Below, in pieces: positions 48,801 through 60,400 of a stretch of DNA of 64,000 bases (position 1 is its first letter; each line of letters starts with the position of its first letter). Position numbers and translations under genes: made by a program. The DNA is taken from positions 2,232,001 through 2,296,000 of the forward strand of contig JAYWIR010000022.1 in assembly GCA_036172245.1 (NCBI GenBank). Reading direction: 5' to 3'. A model generated the notes under the pieces. It was not told the DNA's origin. It saw only the letters and a list, made by a program, of their open reading frames with translations, and ran no database searches. Source of the DNA: Raillietiella orientalis (lineage: Eukaryota).

Positions 48801-50200
48801 CGCAGGAATAAGAACAGAGTGGGTTAATTTATCTCCGTTTCGCATGGTATCACTTCACATAATGCTGCACATTTTCTGCACACTCATTTCCTTTCCTGTT
48901 ATTTATACATGAGTTGCCTGTTCCCTTGCATTCACCCAGAACAAGAGTGACATATATTGAAAAATTTCTTAGTTGTGCTGATGACCTTACACGGCAGTCA
49001 TGGAGAGCGGTAAAGAGAGAATAAACACAGTAAAGAGTGTCTGACAAAAAAGTTCATTTTCTTAAAATTGTCTGCACCTTCCGTAAGCCGATGGATCTTT
49101 TTGCTTCTTTTCTTGTTCCTAATCGTTTAGGCATAGAAGCGACGGTTCCCTTTTAAAAAAAGCACGCATCTTGGTATTGTATTAAAGCATGATCTCAAGA
49201 GCTGGTGAGTTTATCATGTTTGAAGCTCTCGTTGCAGCTACTAGCCGTGCGTTTCATATCCTTCAGTGTTTACTGTATCAGTGTCGTCAGTATTTCTGAT
49301 TTTCAAGATCATCTTCATCATGATTATGATGTGATGGTGGCACTTGTGTAGACGGCCACTCGATGAGGATCTTTGTCCACAGAGGAATAAGTTGTGGCGG
49401 AAGTGGGGGGGGGGATGAAACCTGGAAATTGGAACGAAGAACGGCGATCGAGCAAATAAGGAAACACCAAAACACAACATACACCCTGGAATGTTGCTTT
49501 CATGAAAAGATGAAAAAGAGTTCCGAAGAAGTGTATCCGTCTTCGCAAATGTCTTATTTTCCGCGCAGCTAGTTCGGGACGGATCCTCTTGCACCGAATG
49601 ATGCACCCTTCACCTTACCACCGCGAATTTCCGAGCTGCCTCCAAAGTTTTCCCTCTGAGGGAAAAAATGCTTTTTAGATTATCAGTTCAGCTTTGGATC
49701 GAAATGGTCATCAAGAAGGATTCGATCGCAAGATGGAAACAGATTCAGAAAAACAGCTTGAAGAATCAACGGTGAAACTTTTCCCGCTTCCGCTCATTTG
49801 GTACTCGCATTGTACACTCCATGATTTTTTTTTTTTCCTTCACTTACATCCCGGATCCTCTGAGATAAGATTTTATTTTGAGGATTTCTTGTGCTTACAT
49901 CCGTGATCATTGACATCCGTGCAGTGCGTGTTGAGTGTTTGGAAGATTTGTGTTCCAAAAGTTGCCGGTGCATACGGTGGAGCTCCTCCTACAGTGTATG
50001 CGAATGCATTCATGACCTATCCTTGGTTACATGTATTTCCCTGACTCCAGAGCAGATCACATGTGATCTTTGACATTATTTTGTAATCAACCAGTGTCAA
50101 ACCAGATAAATTTGAATCCGGGGGGCAGTCGTCTAGATTTGTGAAGCTTAATTGGAATTGTGTAACGTCAGCTTGAACGAATAAATGCTCAGCATCCAAA
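45150..50200 (-). mobile_element. Fragmented CR1-like LINE ORF2 in intron 3, interrupted by other sequence
   Basis: Minus-strand order: endonuclease-like VGGAPPY (~GGGV..Y, ~49980); QVSSP (~Q.V..P, ~49420); ERPSTGL (~YRPISL, ~48085); CVIGP (~GSVLGP, ~46460); LSASKC; RDLGVHI (~46150); TVNNRRL..LKTL...KLFVQKV (3' end). The 45150-46500 part is better supported than the rest. Confidence 0.4.
45783..45812. repeat. (AC)15 microsatellite
   Basis: Read directly from the sequence. Confidence 0.95.
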
Positions 50201-50399
50201 ATGATGTGCTTTTGATGTGTCTGCAGCATCCTTAAAATCGAAATGCAGATTTTCGAAGGGAACCTTTCGAAACAAATCTGTCGCAAGCATAAAAGGTGGA
50301 AACCGAACCGAGGCCGAGGGTACGGAGAAAACATGAAAAACAGCGAAGGTCTCGGTAGCTGAAGGACCCTTTTTTTTTTTCGTTGTTTGCTTCGAAGAA

Positions 50400-51200
50400 T
50401 TGACCGCAAGCGTCAAATGGCTTCGCCCGCGTCGGAGACCGTGTGGTTACGGTGGTCTTCGCGCGTGGCACCACCAAGCGTCTTGGGTTCAAAGGTCACT
50501 CCGAAGGAATCGACGAAGTGCGTCGTGGGTCCCGAGTTCACCCCACAGGATGACGCCGGTTGGCCTACATTCATCCGGGTGCGGCACTGGTAGCGGTTGA
50601 AACCGGATGGATGAGGGCCGACCTCCGGGTCCTTCCAGGGATCAAGAAGTGGGGAGTGATTGTGAAGGAGCGGACTCCCATTCCGGGGGGACCATCCGGG
50701 TCGTACTGATGGAGTAGGTGTATCGCCACCACCTCTTCAGAGAATGCAGGGAAGCGAGCCGATCCCTTACGGGAAACTGCGTCCTTCCTGAATTTCGGAA
50801 GCGTCGCTTCGAGGTTCTTTTCAGAGGAGTAAAAACTGGAGGGGATCCTTCCGGAGAATAAATTCCAGGATCGGATCTTTTCCTGTTCCCTTCAGAGAAG
50901 AAAAAGGGAGCGAACCCCCCGGGGGTCCTCCGGAGAAAATGAGGAAGGAGATTCCCTTCTGGATTCCCCTTCGGAGACAACCAGAGTGGAGGCGATCTCC
51001 ATTTCCGGGGATCCCTCCCCAGGCGTGAGAGGAACGAACTTCGAGTCCTTCCTGGATTCATAGGGCGGACCCCTCTTGGGGTACCCCCTGTCTTGAAGAG
51101 TTACCCACCCTCGGGTGGTGTGGAACCGTGTCGGAGAACTGCGAAGACAGAAAAGAAAGATTTCCATCATCCAAAGTAGAGAGTTTTCTTTGATGGGATG
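50400..51200 (-). mobile_element. DIRS fragment (gag end/RT start), homologous to 4200-4760
   Basis: Shares ccctatgaatccaggaagg and flanking blocks with 4375-4760 in inverted orientation. FPVRDRLASL..KRW (~PVGGRL..F...W); TFEPKTLGGATR (~F.VPK..GG.R). Confidence 0.65.
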
Positions 51201-52349
51201 GCTTGACTTCGTCACCCTATAATCCTCTGTTAGGAAGACCCAGTTCGCCGTTTCCGAATGGTCGAGCAAAACTCGCGTGGTCAAGAGATTCGTGTGACAG
51301 AAAAGCATGCTCTGAAAACTGACCCAAGACGGGAAAAGGATCTAGAAATCAAAGTGGTCAGTCCCACGAATCAAACGAGGTATCTCTCGAGTCAACTAAA
51401 CTGTCAGTATCGGTTTGGTTTTTTCGCAAGTTCGAGATCGACATCCGTGTCGATTCGGAGGGTGCATCGTCCCAGGGCTAGGGCTAGGTTCCTGCTCATG
51501 TTTTTTTTTTTAAAATCAGGCGAGCTTCGTCTGACTTTCATCTCAATTTGGGAAAAAGTCTGCAGCTTGCAGCGACAACCATTTTTCACGCCAGCGTTTG
51601 GCATTGCCGGTTGATTAACGGGCTGCAGACTTCAGTGGGACGTTCCTTTCTGGCCACGCTTTTGCTCATCCCTTCCGTTGCCTTTGAAGCCTTCAGAATT
51701 TGCTTCGGATCGTTTCCGGATCCAAGGCGAGCAGGAGGCTTTCTTTGCGTGCATCACGTCTTGGGTTACGTTTGTCCGTCGAGGGGCCTGTCAGAAAGGA
51801 ACTCTTCCAAGGAAACCTCGCTGCCTTCCCGAAATCGCCGTGTCGACTCCGGTCGCGTGCTCCTGGTTCTTTCGAGTTCACGGGCTTTCCAACTGTCCCT
51901 TTCCTCTCATAGGGAGCCACAAGTAAACCACACTCGCGGAGAGAGTCCTAATTGGCACTGTGTGCACCGCAGTTCCTCTGAGAGGAAGCTGAAGAGGGTG
52001 GCGGGCGAAGTTTCATTTCACGTGTCACGTCGCATCGACAAATTTGAGCTGTCGTCGCTCATTAGAGGGCAAGCAGGGGGACAAAGCCTTGTGACCTCTT
52101 TCCAAATGAAGCCGTTTTAATTGTGCAACGCGTTTCATTTTTATGGGTATCGATGCAGCGTGAGGCATTTCCAATAATTGCACCAGAGCGGATCTGAGGA
52201 CATCTGGGCACCTACGATACTAAATCAGGTCTTCAGAAGGAGGAAGAAGAAAAAGCAATTGGAAAACCTGTGCACCAGTTAACTATTCGTGCAAAGGATG
52301 TCTGTGAAACCCCTCTGTCTTTCGCCAGTGCTGGGTTTCATTTCTGCTC

Positions 52350-52930
52350 AAGTATGAATTAATAAAGCCCCACTGATATCTTGATCCGTGTGATGTTTTC
52401 GAATAACAGTAGCACGGAAGTTTTCTGGTTGCATTCGTTCTGTGCATCCTTCATCCTCGGAGCGATTTGTCGAACAGCTTTAGTGGTCCATTCTCTCCGT
52501 GCGTGATTGTCGCATCTCGAAAGCAAGATTCCGAAAGATTTATGTTTTCATCGGCAATTTCTTAACACCATCTTCAGCTGATGCTCCAAACGTCTTTACG
52601 TGGAGAATCTTTCGCAAGTCATCTATCACTCTGTTAGTGTAATGGATGCATTCCAGACGAAGAATTCTCATTACATGGGATCTCCTCCTCATTATCCAGC
52701 ATAATGAGATTCCCTGTGAAAAATTTATATACTTTTCACTTTAAATGCTCTTTCACATTGTGTCAGTCGTGCGACGAAGATTGTGAACCTGAACAAATAA
52801 AGTTGTGTGCCCGAAGTTACGGTAGAGAAATGGAGGATCTTTTGACGCCGTTTTTTGTGTGTTTGACAAATTGATGTGGTCGGATGTCTTTGCTCACGGG
52901 AGGGTCTCCAATGCTCCCAACCCTTCACGA
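52350..52930 (-). mobile_element. hAT (Charlie/Buster-like) transposase N-terminal remnant
   Basis: WRPSREQRHPTT (~MKPSKLKRHL.T); KTFGASAEDGVKKLPM (~MFG..A..K.K.IPLS); LLFENIT (~LQLDEST). Confidence 0.45.
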
Positions 52931-54198
52931 CCCTCTTGGTCTAGCAACAGCAGTGATGTGCTACTGAAGAGCACTCAACACTTTTTATAATTGCACAGAT
53001 TTCTCAACGCATCGGCCGGCAGACCGAAATCTCTGAAAGATAAGAGAGGGTCCATGCATAGAAGTTCAAAATCTGTGCGACTGTGGTGTTCGTTCTTTCG
53101 CGTGTTTCGCGTGCCCCTGTTGAATGTGGGAAATGTGTGCCGTTCTTTTGATTGGGCATCTCTACTGAATGGTGGCAAAGTATGGGTGATGTTACTTCTT
53201 ATTTTAAGAAAAAAGAGTTCTCTGAAGTCGGCACTGCTTTGCGCGGAGGCTTTTAAAGGTGCCTTGGATTCGTTTTTCAATAGAATTCTGGATTACGACT
53301 GTTCGTCCTCCGAGATTCAGATGTGTTTGCCAGGCTCTCGGAGTACCTTTCAAGATACAATCAAGAAGACTGTGATCCGGATGTTCGATCAGCCGAAAGC
53401 AGGACGTCTCGCAAGATGGAACATGCCTTTTATTTCGAGATGCTTGGCAGTTAATTCAAATCCAACGGATCTTCGGAAATCTTTGACGGACCCTTTTCGA
53501 GTTTTTCCGCCCTTTGAAGTGAACGTGTGCTCAATCGAAAATCACGTAAGCGTTCAGTTCGATTCAGATGTCTCATCCGCGCGTATCCTTCTGAGAAAGA
53601 TTTTCGAAGAACGAGGATCTTTCTTGAATCTGTAGAATGTCCCAGAAACAAGGAAAAGGCGAAACGAAACTGGAAGAGGGGAGGGGGGGTGCAGTACCAC
53701 ATTTCGATGCTTGGGACACGCTTTGATGTTGCTCTTTCAAATGCATGAAGTGCATGTTCCCCTGTGGTAGCCAAGTCAGAGTACGGTACATTAGTATGTT
53801 AACACGGTAGCTTTCTGAAGGCATCTGTAAAAGACAGCAATCGATGAAGATATCAGCGGGAAGATTAATGTCAATTTCGGAAGTTTTTCTCGGGAGCAGT
53901 GATTGGTGTAATCTCTCTGTTTAACACAGGAATCAGCTTTAATCTCGCGTTTATTAGTAATCAATACTTCCCATTGGACCAGCGAATACCTTCAGTTGGG
54001 GGCACACGAGGAAATGTACTAGAAAAATGCGTGCGAATGGGTTCGGTGCGTAGCTCGTACCGAGGCACCTGGTGGGGGGCGACTCTGTGCACACGAGGGG
54101 TCACGTCGATCTCGCTTCCTGCTAGACTCTTCGAGCAAGCCGCAGGCAGTGAACTCGCTCGATCCAAGGTGTGTGTCCAGGAACCAGCTAAGCTTCTC

Positions 54199-54225
54199 CT
54201 TCTTCTTCTTCTTCTTCTTCTTCTT
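54199..54225. repeat. (CTT)9 microsatellite
   Basis: Read directly from the sequence; followed by a short (GCC)n run. Confidence 0.9.
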
Positions 54226-55269
54226 GGCCGCCGCCGCCGAAATCCAAGGCCCAAGACTTTCACAGATGTCAGCGCGGTCCCGGAAGCCGAGCATACGCAA
54301 CCTGTATACGTGTTTCCGACGACGTGGTGGCGTACCGTACTTGAATGCGGTCCCCTAGCTGGTTACCTTCGTCGGTCTTCGTTTCGTTCTCACCCTTAGG
54401 GCATATTTACGCCCCGGTGTGAATCTGTGTCGTACAAAAAACACACACAAAAAAAAAAGTAACGTACGCGACGGGATTGCCAATGTAACACGGGAGGATC
54501 CGATACTCAGTGGGGATTTTCTCGCTCCTTCTAATAAGAGCCTTCATTCGAGATTCCATTCATGATAAAAGCTGCTTACTTGCCCGGGAGAAGATGTATG
54601 GCAAGAACGGAAGTCTTCGATTACTGTAGTTGGTTTGAGTGTCAGATATTTTTTACTCGATGTGTGCTCTCTCTCCCTTCTCTTCTCTCTCCCAACACCA
54701 TTCACCACGAGGCATATTTACCGCAAGAAAATTCATCGTTCGGCGGACGCCAGCTTTCGTTTCGTGTTGGCATCTTTTGTGTCTTGGAAGTCGGAAAAAG
54801 GAGGAAGAAGAAGAAGAAGAAGAAAAAAAAAAAAAAAAGTCCAAACGTGGTTGCTGCACGAGTGGATGTGTGTCTGCTCAGATGTAAGAAATACTCGGAC
54901 AAAAGGTTTGCATTGCGTTCTTGACGCCAGCTGAAAAGCCCCTCCTCCGTTATGTCTTCTCCGTGATCTGCGTGTCCAAAAGGAAGAGGAAAAAAAAGAA
55001 CTGAAGAAGGAGAAGAAAACAAGCTCCTGAAACTCGAGCTGCGAGTGTCAGGAGTTTTCGTCACTCACTGCATATTGATCTCGCCAATGATCCAGGACGT
55101 TGTCTGATTTCATTTGATGCATTTTCACTTTTGTTTAATCCCCGTCATCTCTCCAGACTCAGCAGCCGAGCCTCAGATTCGCTGACGTCACCCGTCGTCG
55201 GCTTTTTTTCGGGTGTTTTCCAGCTGTTTCCTTTCTGGCTGTATGCAAAAGAACACTTGAATTTTTTAG

Positions 55270-55480
55270 ATCCGTTAACCACGGAGTGTACAAGGCCGGG
55301 TTCTCCAGAACGCAGAGTTACTATGATAAGGCAGTCCGGGTTGTGTTTGAAGCCCTTGATCGATTGGAAGGCATCCTGTCGAAGAGCCGATACCTCTGTG
55401 GAAATGTGTTAACGGAAGCCGACATCAAACTCTTCGTCACACTCATACGGTTCGACAAGGTCTACGTGGGTCATTTCAAA
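55270..55480 (+). CDS. yqjG-like: Glutathionyl-hydroquinone reductase, coding exon 4
   Basis: Acceptor ttttttag|A completes GAA. Encodes SVNHGVYKAGFSRTQSYYDKAVRVVFEALDRLEGILSKSRYLCGNVLTEADIKLFVTLIRFDKVYVGHFK, matching NNGVYKxGF and TEADxxLFxTLxRFDxVY. Donor AAA|gtaagt, phase 0. Confidence 0.97.
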
Positions 55481-56377
55481 GTAAGTGCTGCCTTTTGCTT
55501 TTGGCGAGGTGCCGTGCACTTCCTTTCCTGTTGCGTCCTGTCTGCGGTAGATGCGGTGGCAGCAGGGGGCGCCCCGGTGGGGGTGGGGGTGGGGGAGGGC
55601 AGTTGGGAAAAAGAGTGGAGCGAAAAGGGATTCGGGTGGCGCCTTTGCAGATGCGGCGGCTTTGCCGTGTGTTTCGCGTCTCCAGCAGTAACTGTCCCGC
55701 AAAGAAAAAAGAAAAAAAAAAAAAGAAACATGCAGCGGCTGCTGCTGCTGCTGCTGCTCCCACTGGACAGAAAGGAAAATCTTTGCAGGAACTTCGTTCC
55801 CTGTTTTGAGTTTTTTCCATCTCGTAGCGTTCTTTTCATTGCCCGTTGTTGATGGCCTTTCCTGTGTGGCGTTGGTTTCTGTACAGACGCATCTTTAAGA
55901 ATCGTAAAGTAAAATTCCGAGCTCGCTCGACTCGCTGCTAGGCGTCCTCCAGGAATGGGCCGCGTGCCCCTCCCCCCATCCCCGGTCCCCACTCGTGGTG
56001 GCCAACCGTTTCGCTCGTTCAAGAGGGGGGAGAGGCCTGGGGTGGTGGCGGTTGCTTTCGGCGGATGACCCTCGATGGCACCTCGTGTTCGTTTTCCAGC
56101 AAGAGGCGGGTGGGCACCCCAAACCGCGACTTCGCTCCCGTGCCAACCGTGCGACCAAAAGTCATTCGCGAACCGTCATCTCCCTCTCCTGTTTTCCGGT
56201 TTCTGAAAATCTGAAGCTTATTCCCGGTACTCGTCGTGAATGTTGCCCTCAGCATGCAATGCCCAGAGCGAGAGAGCTCGTTTTTTCAAGTGACCCCGTG
56301 ATGTGCGACACGGCTTCGGAACGGGCGTGTCTGATGTCCAGCATCCACTTGATCTGCTTTCCTTTTTCTTATTTTAG

Positions 56378-56599
56378 TGTAACAAGAGGCGCCTCGTGGA
56401 CCTTCCTAACTTATGGTCGTACACTCGAGATATCTTTCAAATGCCAGCCGTGAGGGACACCATTTTCTTCGATCACATAGAGAAGCATTACCAAATCAGC
56501 CATCGAGAGATAAACCCTCGGGGGATTGTGGCCATAGGTCCTGACATCAATTTTGATGAACCTCATAGCAGGCATATACGTTTTGGAGGAAAATACTGA
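56378..56599 (+). CDS. yqjG-like: Glutathionyl-hydroquinone reductase, coding exon 5 (terminal)
   Basis: Acceptor cttattttag|. Encodes CNKRRLVDLPNLWSYTRDIFQMPAVRDTIFFDHIEKHYQISHREINPRGIVAIGPDINFDEPHSRHIRFGGKY*. HFK|CN joins across the intron; HIxxHYxxSHxxINPxGIV..GP motif present; TGA ends at 56599. Confidence 0.97.
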   Translation, partial: CNKRRLVDLPNLWSYTRDIFQMPAVRDTIFFDHIEKHYQISHREINPRGIVAIGPDINFDEPHSRHIRFGGKY

Positions 56600-57266
56600 G
56601 GATGATTTCGCCGTGCAAACAAAAACGAATCTGTGCTCAGGGTTCACTTAGTGTAATCCAGATTCTATCAATATTTGCTTTTTCGTAATAGCCACGTATG
56701 GATTCTTTGAATGGTGGCGCATTCTTACGGTTGCTATGCAGAGACACCGCTGCGATGGAAACCAACCCCCACGGCGGGGGGGGAGGGGAAACCACGCTTG
56801 GAGAAGAAAGAATCCAAAATTCTTGTTGTTTGATTCGTTCTGAAGGATCTTTTAATTCACTGCCCCTTTCTTCGTTACCTTCTTGGAAGGTGATGTCTGC
56901 CGCAACCCCTCCCTCCCCCCAAAAAGTGTCGGGTATGGTAGACAGTGTTTGTTTCCAAAGCTCCGATTCATGTTCGTGTTTCACTGCAAGCAAGCGGTTG
57001 TGTCCGAAGGCATAAAAGGAAAATAGAATAATTTTATATAGCATTTTTTTTTTTTGTGTGTGTGTGTGTGTATGTTTTGTTTGAGTTAACAGTTTGCTCT
57101 TCGTATACTTTCGAATGAAAAGTTTACCCTACCGAAAGCAACTGTTTCAAACGTGTGTTTGCCGATTTTCGATTTGCCCAGGAAGTGAAAGTGTTTCATT
57201 TTTCGTTTAGAATTTGAATTGTTCGTGTGACCTTTGTCTCCCATTGGTTGTTCTCATGAAATTCTC

Positions 57267-57272
57267 AATAAA
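57267..57272 (+). terminator. Candidate polyadenylation signal
   Basis: AATAAA about 670 nt after the stop codon, at the end of an AT-rich 3' UTR-like tract and before sequence becomes GC-rich again. Confidence 0.4.
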
Positions 57273-57549
57273 ACTTGTTCGAACAACATCCTTGCATTCC
57301 GTTCAATTCAGGCAGATCCCTCTCACAGCAGAGGGAGGGCATTTCTTGGCATTTCCACATTCTGCATCTTCCCGCATCTCTTTTCTTTTTTTTGCCGTGT
57401 TTCTTCTGGAGCCACAAGGTCATTGCGGCCCGAAATGGGATCGTCGCGCTTCACGTGGGCGCAACCTGGAACCCGTGAAGAACGGAGTAGTGCATCGGCG
57501 TGTCTTAAACCCGTGATGGGTTCGCGGCTTCCCATCGCACCCTATCGCC

Positions 57550-58500
57550 CACGCTTCCGCCCGTGGAGTTGGTCCTCCGACGAGTCTCCGTGGCGAATCA
57601 CAAAGCCGCCCCCGTTCGTTCCGAACCGCGATCGCTGTGGTGCGATCCTTTCCCTGCTGGTGGTTCCGTGGGTCGGCGGCTCCCGAGGCAGTGAGACACG
57701 CGGCAGCCCGTCGCCGGAAGCGACTGCCTCGGCACCCATCACCATTCCGCCGAGGTGGCCTCCCCATCCACACACAACAGCAAGGAGAGAAAAGATCGTC
57801 TGGCGAAAATCACTCTGGCGTGCAGGCAGGCAGTTCCTCCGATGTTCCTGCAGCAGCTCTGCGATCTTTGGCCAGCGTTCGCGCACTTGCCCTGGGGTGA
57901 GCTTTAAGCGACCTCCGCGGCGAGCTTGCCTGAGAGCAAAAGTCGCCTGCACTCTGCGCGATGCGGCAACCCTGCACTGGACGGGCATGTGGTGAGCGCA
58001 AAAGACTCTTCCTGCGGCTGCTGCGGATCTGTAAGATCGAGCTCCGATGGCGCCAGAGGAAGGAGAGCATGGTTCGGCTGTGCCTCGCAGCTTCGCGTAG
58101 CATCGGGCACTCCCCGAGAAGTTAAGCCCTCATCCTTCACGTAACCTCTGCGAGAAGACTCTCGTCGAGGCTAGACAGGAAGATGCGCGCGCCTCTAGAC
58201 GGAGAGCCCCTGCGTCTCCTCCATCGGTCAGGCGGCAGTCTGACGAGGATAACCATTGTATTCCGGGGAAGATGTGCAGACACAACACTTCCCCATCTCA
58301 GTTCAAGCCCTCTAGCAGGTGTGCCACAAGCCATGTAGCGGTCCAGCTAGCCGATGGAAATGGCACCACACCCTCAGGCGAAAGAGGGATACGAACGAAG
58401 CCATCCTCCATCCATCCTCGACTTGCCTGCGGCTGCGATACGTTTCGCCAGTTCGCCTGCTGACTTTTGACCATCGCGCGCTCAAGTTCGTTCCCATGGA
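57550..58500 (-). mobile_element. Ngaro/DIRS-like RT-RNase H remnant
   Basis: KVSRRTGETYR (~VPKK..G.YR); GSPSRGARIF (~FGLRSAP.IF); RLKLTPGQ (~L.LP..K); RFGTNGGGF (~FL..WNG..F). Confidence 0.4.
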
Positions 58501-59329
58501 GACCCGGCGATCAACAGTTCCGGTTTTGCAGGACGGCGTCCGAGGCGGAGATTTGCATGCTCTCTGTCAGCTGCCTCGAAGGACGCCTCTTCGTCTCGGC
58601 GCAGGCGCGCTCCCCGAGCCCCCGGGACGTTTGCGCACAAGTACTCTCTCCCTCCGTTTGTTTTCCGATGGATCTGCCTTTTTTCTTTTTTTTCTTTTTT
58701 TCTTTTACTGTGGCATCGGGTCGATTTTTTGCGTTGCGCGCAGAAAAAGGAAGGGAAAAAAAGAGAGAGAGAGAGACGCGTACCCACAGTTCAGTCCCAG
58801 AGATTCCCCTCGGTCGACCGGACGAGCCTTCCGCTGCAAAAAGGGGTTCCCCCCTCCTCCCCCAACCGGCATCGAAGGGAAAAATGACGGGTCTCACGGG
58901 CGCGAGGTGCATACGGACGTGCTCTGGACGCGCGTCGCGCACCTCCGCAAACACGCGAGAATGCGTACTCTCGGCGCAGCGGCCATGTTCCTTCCCCCCC
59001 CCCTCTCCCTCCCCCTTTTCCCTTTGGTACGAGCGCGTGATGACAGCGCATCCCTCGCACGTAGAACGCGCGCGGTGACGGAACTGCCACGCGTTCCTTC
59101 GCCTGCCGCAGGGGAGGCGAGACCTGCCGGATGAGCGCAGTTTTTCTGTTTATTGTATCGCACTCTCCGCCATGCCCAGAACCAAGGAAATCCCCGGGGC
59201 TTACTTTGCACGCGCGCTCGCGAGGGAGTGAGGGAAGGGGGAGGGGGAGAGGAGAAACTAAACGATTCGTCCCACTTTTGAGGACACCCTGCTTACGGCT
59301 TGGATCGGCGCAGTGGGGTCCCGCATTAC

Positions 59330-60400
59330 TCAGAAGAAATCATCGTCCTGATGTCCCTGCTGCAGCCAAAGCACGAAGAGGTCCCCAATTTCTTTGTGGA
59401 GCGATGAGCCGTGCTTCACTCGTAACTCAAGCACGTCTTTCCGCCGTCCTCTTAACTACTCCAGCAGCTTCCGCAGGAGCACGGCGTCCCTCCACGGAGA
59501 AACCCAGGAGGAACAGATTCGACGACCGCCCCTGCAACCCTTTTTCCTTCGTTCTTTTTTTCCCTTCCCTTTGCGGTGCAAGACGGGCGGGCGCCGCGGT
59601 CTCGACGGCGACGGCCTCCGCGCCCGGCGGACGCGTCGCGGCACTTCCGACGACGGTCGTCGCACCTCTTCTCACGCATCGCGCAAGTCAGAAGGCCGGC
59701 CCCGGTCTCGCGGCCTGTAGGGCCGACGGAGGTAGTGGTTTCCACGGCGCCCTCGCTTCCGGACCGCTGGGCCCGTGCTCCGGGCTGGCGTGCTGCCCTC
59801 CTATCCCCTTCCGCTTCCGCTCCTCCCCTCCCCCCGCACTTTGTGAAGAGCGCGCGCTCGAACGGCGTCGCCATGCTTCCAGCGCTCGCCTCCCCGGACA
59901 CCTGGTGTGACACTTCCCGCTTCCTCCCGATCCTTCTCGCTTCCCGGTAACGTGAGCCATTTCGCCCCCCGCGAGCACGGCGCGGACGTTTCTCCTGCAG
60001 GCGGTCACGTGTCTCCGAGTCGGATTCTCATTAGTCGGTTCAACCCAGCCCACCCTCTCCGATCGAACGCTCGCCATCTTGGTTCTTTCCTCATTTCCCC
60101 TTCCCACTTTCCCCGGAAAGCGAGCGGGAAGGCCCTCCGGTCCCACCGTAAGAAAGGCGAACGGGGGACGGTCACACGAACAGGCGGAGTGCTCTCTCTC
60201 GGATTCCCACAGAGCTCTTCGTCCCTGCCTCCTCTTCCGCGCCCCGTTTCCTCCCTGAGCAGCGCGCGACCTCCATACGAGGTCCCCTCTCTTCGTCGGG
60301 GAGGAGGACGGGCGCCACCCCGGCAGCAGTTGGCCTGGTCAAGTGAACGGACCGCCGGCCCCCCGAGCGCGCGCCTTGTCCGCGGCCCCGTCTTTTCCAG
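59330..60400 (+). mobile_element. L2 LINE RT remnant
   Basis: SAVLLTTPAAS (~LVLLDLSAAF); FPSLCGAR (~F.SYL.GR); TVVAPLL (~SVLGPLL); GSGFHGA (~G..FH.YA); NARHLGSFLISPSHF (~ARNLGV..DS.LSF); SLSSARPPY (~L.LSRLDY); SARLV. Confidence 0.55.

Noticed and set aside
52991..53635. 214-aa ORF in AT-richer intron 3 sequence
   Set aside because: No recognisable domain or convincing splice signals, and the GST-family protein is complete without it.
55286..55852. 188-aa ORF as a standalone gene
   Set aside because: Only 55270-55480 is coding; the rest is read-through past the gtaagt donor into intron 4.
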